NCBI GenBank assembly: GCA_046314385.1
Contig: JBKBWZ010000003.1
Span: 26,306-90,305 of the forward strand
Direction of reading: 5' to 3'
From: Alphaproteobacteria bacterium
GTDB lineage: Bacteria; Pseudomonadota; Alphaproteobacteria; Micavibrionales; UBA2020
DNA: 64,000 bases
A program made the translations under genes and the position numbers. The notes below the pieces were generated by a model that was given only the letters and a program-made list of their open reading frames with translations, was not told where the DNA came from and did no database searches. This document shows, piece after piece, positions 60,296-64,000 of the stretch; positions within the stretch are counted from its first letter, which is position 1; the number at the start of each line of letters is the position of its first letter.

Positions 60296-60796
60296 ATGGC
60301 CGAGACCCCGCAAACCCCGCAAGCCGCCGCCGATACCGCCCCCGGTATTCAAGTTGTCGCGCAGTACATCAAAGACCTGTCGTTTGAAAATCCGAACGCC
60401 CCCGAAAGCCTTGTCAGCGGCTGGCCGCAGCCTGACACCAACGTACAAATCTCGCTGCGCCACAATCAGGTGCGCGACGACGCTTATGAATGCAGCGTCC
60501 ATTTCCGCATCGAAGCCAAGAAAAAAGACGATGGCAAAGTTTGCTTTATCATCGACCTCGCCTATGGCGCGCTGGCGGTTTTGAAAAACATCCCCAAAGA
60601 AAACCACCAGCCGGTGATCATGGTTGAAGTGCCCAAGCTGCTCTTCCCCTTTGTGCGCGAAATCGTCGCCAGCCTGACGTCCAAGGGCGGCTACCCGCCG
60701 CTGTACCTGACGCCGATCAGCTTCGAGACGATCTATGTCAGCGAAATCAAACGCCTGCAGGCCGAAAAAGACAAACAAAAAACCGCCGCAAACTAA
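60296..60796 (+). CDS. secB: Protein-export chaperone SecB
   Basis: QYIKDLSFENP, LLFPFVR and GGYPPL motifs. Confidence 0.96.
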   Translation: MAETPQTPQAAADTAPGIQVVAQYIKDLSFENPNAPESLVSGWPQPDTNVQISLRHNQVRDDAYECSVHFRIEAKKKDDGKVCFIIDLAYGALAVLKNIPKENHQPVIMVEVPKLLFPFVREIVASLTSKGGYPPLYLTPISFETIYVSEIKRLQAEKDKQKTAAN

Positions 60797-60808
60797 GCGC
60801 CGTTTTCA

Positions 60809-60850
60809 AAAACAAAAAAGCCGCCCGTATTTGGGCGGCTTTTTTGTTTT
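60809..60850. terminator. Bidirectional intrinsic terminator
   Basis: AAAACAAAAAAGCCGCCC-GTATTT-GGGCGGCTTTTTTGTTTT. Confidence 0.88.
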
Positions 60851-61559
60851 AACCTTCGGCTTTTTTTTCGGCGTGCCAGAGGTTGTCTTTGACTTTTTCG
60901 AGGAATTTTTCGTGCGCCGCTGTTTCGTCGGCGCTGGGCGGGAAGCTGCGCGGCGGGCGATCCTGACGTTTGATGCTGGCATTGAGCTGTGCGGAGGTCA
61001 GCGAGACGGCTTCGGAGGCAAGGCCAAGCCCATGCTGGCGACCGCCCATCAGCTCCAGATAAACCTCGGCCAGAAGTTCGGAGTCGAGCAGCGCGCCGTG
61101 CAGCTTGCGTTCGGTATTGTCGATTTTAAAGCGGCGGCACAGGGCATCGAGGTTGGCCGGCTGGCCGGGGAATTTTTGCCGCGCAATCAAAAGCGTATCA
61201 ATCACGCGCGACATCGGCAGCGGCTTGGGGAAACCCGCCAGTTTCATTTCGGCATTGATAAATTTCATGTCGAATTCGGCGTTGTGAATCACCAGCGTGG
61301 CATCACCGATAAAATCGAGGAAATCACCGACTTTTTCGGTGAACAGCGGCTTGTCTTGCAGAAATTCGGTGGTCAGGCCGTGAATGCGCACCGCATCGGA
61401 CGGCACATCACGCTGCGGATTCAGATAGACATGGAAATGGTTGCCGGTGGGCAGATGGTTGAGCAGTTCAACGCAGCCGATTTCAACAAGGCGGTGCCCT
61501 TCGGAAGGTTCAAACCCCGTGGTTTCGGTATCGAGGACGATTTCGCGAATATCGGCCAT
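60849..61559 (-). CDS. dnaQ: DNA polymerase III epsilon subunit
   Basis: VLDTETTG, HNAEFD, LDALCRR and HGALLDS motifs. Confidence 0.97.
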   Translation of the reverse strand: MADIREIVLDTETTGFEPSEGHRLVEIGCVELLNHLPTGNHFHVYLNPQRDVPSDAVRIHGLTTEFLQDKPLFTEKVGDFLDFIGDATLVIHNAEFDMKFINAEMKLAGFPKPLPMSRVIDTLLIARQKFPGQPANLDALCRRFKIDNTERKLHGALLDSELLAEVYLELMGGRQHGLGLASEAVSLTSAQLNASIKRQDRPPRSFPPSADETAAHEKFLEKVKDNLWHAEKKAEG

Positions 61560-61563
61560 AGGC

Positions 61564-62208
61564 TTAATGCCTTCCGTTTGTCGGCGGGTTGGCGCGCGGC
61601 TTTTGCGGCAGCAGAATTTTATCAACAATTTTTTTCAGCTGTTCGCGCGTATCGTCAAGGCTGATATCGGTGGTGACGATATAATCGGCGCGCGCACGTT
61701 TTTCGGCATCCGGTGTTTGCTGCGACAAAACGTGGTTAAAACGCTCTTCGGTCATGCCCGCGCGCGCCATCACGCGGGCTTTTTGCACATCGGCAGGCGC
61801 GGTCACGACCAATACGGCATCCACACGCGTCTCGCCGCCGGTTTCAAAAAGCAGCGGAATGTCAAAAACGACCATTTTGTGACCATCGCGCTCTTTATCC
61901 GCGCGGAAGGCGGCGCTGTCTTGCTGCACCATCGGGTGCAAAATCTGCTCCAACGCTTTTTTCTTGTCGGCATCGGCAAAAACGATTTTGCCCAGTGCGG
62001 CGCGGTCGATGTAATCTTTGCCCGCCGCATCCTGCACCCGCACAGAGGGGAAAAGTGCGGCCACAGGCGCAACACCGGCGCCGTCCACCGCCAGCAGTTT
62101 ATGTACGGCGGCATCGGCGTCATGCACAGGGATGCCCATGTCCATGAACATTTTCGACACTGTCGATTTGCCCATGCCGATGGAGCCTGTCACGCCAAGG
62201 ACGATCAT
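61564..62208 (-). CDS. coaE: Dephospho-CoA kinase
   Basis: GVTGSIGMGKST and DIPLLFE motifs. Confidence 0.96.
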   Translation of the reverse strand: MIVLGVTGSIGMGKSTVSKMFMDMGIPVHDADAAVHKLLAVDGAGVAPVAALFPSVRVQDAAGKDYIDRAALGKIVFADADKKKALEQILHPMVQQDSAAFRADKERDGHKMVVFDIPLLFETGGETRVDAVLVVTAPADVQKARVMARAGMTEERFNHVLSQQTPDAEKRARADYIVTTDISLDDTREQLKKIVDKILLPQKPRANPPTNGRH

Positions 62209-63038
62209 GCCGCTGCCTTTCGCATGTCTTCGTAAAGCTCCAGCGTCACTTCGGGGTCTTGGCCGAACCATTCGCGGAAACCAAGGCGCGCCTGATTGAG
62301 CAGCATGCCCAGACCTTCGACCGTGGGGTTGCCACGCGCACACGCCGACATCAAAAGCGGCGTTTGCAGCGGACGATAGACCAGATCACACACCCCCGCA
62401 TCCACGGGCAGCGTCGAGAGGTCAATCTCCAGCGGCGGCTGTCCGACCATACCAAGGCAAGAACCGTTCACCAGCATCGTCGCGCCGGCCAGTGCCTGCT
62501 GGCGGTTTTCCCAGGAAAAAACCTCGGCATTCAGGCCAAGGCCGCTGACGATTTTCTCCGCCCGTTCGGGCGTGCGGTTGACGAGGGCGAAGTGCTGCGC
62601 ACCTGCTGCCCGCAGCGCCGAAATCACGCCGCGCGCCGCACCGCCCGTGCCGACGACAACAACCTTGTCACCGCGCCATTCGGGGAACTGTATCTTGAGG
62701 CTTTCCATGAAGCCGAAACCGTCGCTGTTGTAGCCTTTCAGCTTGCCGTCGCGCACAACAACGGTATTGACCGCGCCGGAAATAAGCGCGCTGTCGTCAT
62801 GGCTGTCCATCAGCGCCATCGCTTCTTCTTTGAGCGGGATGGTCAGGTTGCAACCGGCGTAATCGTTGTCGATGAGCATCTGCAGGGCGTCCTTCAGCTG
62901 CTCCAGCGTCACCGGCATCGCGTTGTAGGTTGCATTCAGCCCGTACTGCGCAATCCAGTATCCCATGATACGGGGGGAGAGCGAATGTTCAATCGGCCAG
63001 CCCATCACGCAAGCCTGTTTGGGGGTCGCATCTGTCAT
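62205..63038 (-). CDS. aroE: Shikimate dehydrogenase
   Basis: GWPIEHSLSP, NLTIPLK, GAVNT, NSDGFGF and GTGGAARG motifs. Confidence 0.96.
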   Translation of the reverse strand: MTDATPKQACVMGWPIEHSLSPRIMGYWIAQYGLNATYNAMPVTLEQLKDALQMLIDNDYAGCNLTIPLKEEAMALMDSHDDSALISGAVNTVVVRDGKLKGYNSDGFGFMESLKIQFPEWRGDKVVVVGTGGAARGVISALRAAGAQHFALVNRTPERAEKIVSGLGLNAEVFSWENRQQALAGATMLVNGSCLGMVGQPPLEIDLSTLPVDAGVCDLVYRPLQTPLLMSACARGNPTVEGLGMLLNQARLGFREWFGQDPEVTLELYEDMRKAAA

Positions 63039-63886
63039 GCGGTTTCCTTTTCGGTTTTTTCGTGGTTATGAAGGCTTTCGCGGTGATGATCGAGCAGCGA
63101 GAGAATCTCTGCCGCCGTTTCTTCGACCGAGCGGCGCGTAACGTCGATCACCGGCCAGCCCATGCGGTTGTAAAACTTGCGCGCTTCGGCGACTTCTTCT
63201 TCGACATGTGCGGGCTCCAGATAATCCGTCTCCCGCCGCTCGCCCAGCTGTCTCAGGCGGTTGCGGCGAATATCGATCAGCCGGTCGGGTGCGGCGGTCA
63301 GTGCCACAAACATCGGCTTTGACAGCTCCAGCACCCGCGCCGGAAAAGGCACGCCCGGCACATAGGGTACATTCGCCGCCTTGACGCCGCGATTGGCCAG
63401 ATAAATACATGTCGGCGTTTTGGAGGTGCGGGACACGCCCACCAGAATGACATCGGCCTTTTCAAGATCGCGGTCGCTTTTCTGGCCATCGTCGTGATGC
63501 AGCGCATAATCGACGGCATCCATCCGCGCAAAGTATTCTTCGTTCAACTGGTGTTGCAAGCCCGGTTCGGCGCGGCTTTGCATACCAAACGCCACGCTCA
63601 TCAGATCCAGCACCGGATGCAAAATCGACAGGCTGGGCACGCCCAGCGCCCGGCAGTGTTTTTCCAGCGTCTTGGCAAGACCGTCATCGACCAGCGTATA
63701 GAGCACAAGGCCGGGGTTTTGCCCGATGGCTTCCAAAACCGGCGTCAGCTGGCGCGGTGCGCGTATCAAGGGCCAGAAATGCTGTTCGTTCTCCACGCCT
63801 TCGAACTGGGCAAGGCAGGCCTTGACCACGCTGTTGAGCGTGCCGCCGGTCGAATCCGAAATCAGGTGCAGATGAAATTTGGTCAT
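63035..63886 (-). CDS. Pyruvate phosphate dikinase/PEP synthase regulatory kinase-pyrophosphorylase (DUF299)
   Basis: LISDSTG, HDDG, GVSRTSKTP and IDVTRRSVEETAA motifs. Confidence 0.95.
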   Translation of the reverse strand: MTKFHLHLISDSTGGTLNSVVKACLAQFEGVENEQHFWPLIRAPRQLTPVLEAIGQNPGLVLYTLVDDGLAKTLEKHCRALGVPSLSILHPVLDLMSVAFGMQSRAEPGLQHQLNEEYFARMDAVDYALHHDDGQKSDRDLEKADVILVGVSRTSKTPTCIYLANRGVKAANVPYVPGVPFPARVLELSKPMFVALTAAPDRLIDIRRNRLRQLGERRETDYLEPAHVEEEVAEARKFYNRMGWPVIDVTRRSVEETAAEILSLLDHHRESLHNHEKTEKETA

Positions 63887-64000
63887 GCCTGTGCGGTTGC
63901 GCTGCCGCCATACGGTTCGGGTTAAAAGAAAGTTCGGTCAATATATTGCAACTTATGGCGGGCGCAAAGCGGATACGGCTTTATTTTTCCCATAATGCAA

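Overview
This 64 kb window is mostly core chromosome of a GC-rich alphaproteobacterium. The assignment rests on GTTC-N7-GTTC LexA boxes, an ALA-synthase hemA, and the pyrB-plsY-dprA-topA-rnr and ppsR-aroE-coaE-dnaQ/secB-fxsA-tim44-mltA gene orders. The style of its orphan proteins suggests a Micavibrio-like lineage, but that is inference only. Housekeeping content covers valine catabolism (mmsA, acyl-CoA dehydrogenase, mmsB), a (6-4)-type photolyase, tadA, xseA, ssb, uvrA, lipid A genes (waaA, lpxK, lpxL), asd, pyrB, topA, rnr, psd/pssA, comM, hemA and dnaQ. There are two tRNAs: Arg-ACG, and a Gly-TCC with an unusual G8/G14/U21 core. Accessory material is interspersed among these genes: (i) a ~1.3 kb AT-rich islet at tRNA-Arg, bounded by a duplicated tRNA 3' end and carrying a start-less toxin-tip-like fragment plus a YibA-like HEAT-repeat immunity gene; (ii) three secreted Cys-containing paralogs sharing an 'SxxMTCF' motif at two loci; (iii) three translationally coupled paralogs holding six copies of one ~100 aa domain; (iv) two further orphan paralog pairs; (v) recurrent 'LxxxF(N/T)xAA' and basic/Pro C-terminal tail motifs that could be secretion signals; (vi) 25-bp tandem duplications at two gene 3' ends. 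No CRISPR array, integrase, transposase or rRNA was seen. All family assignments are from motif recognition and memory, not database searches.
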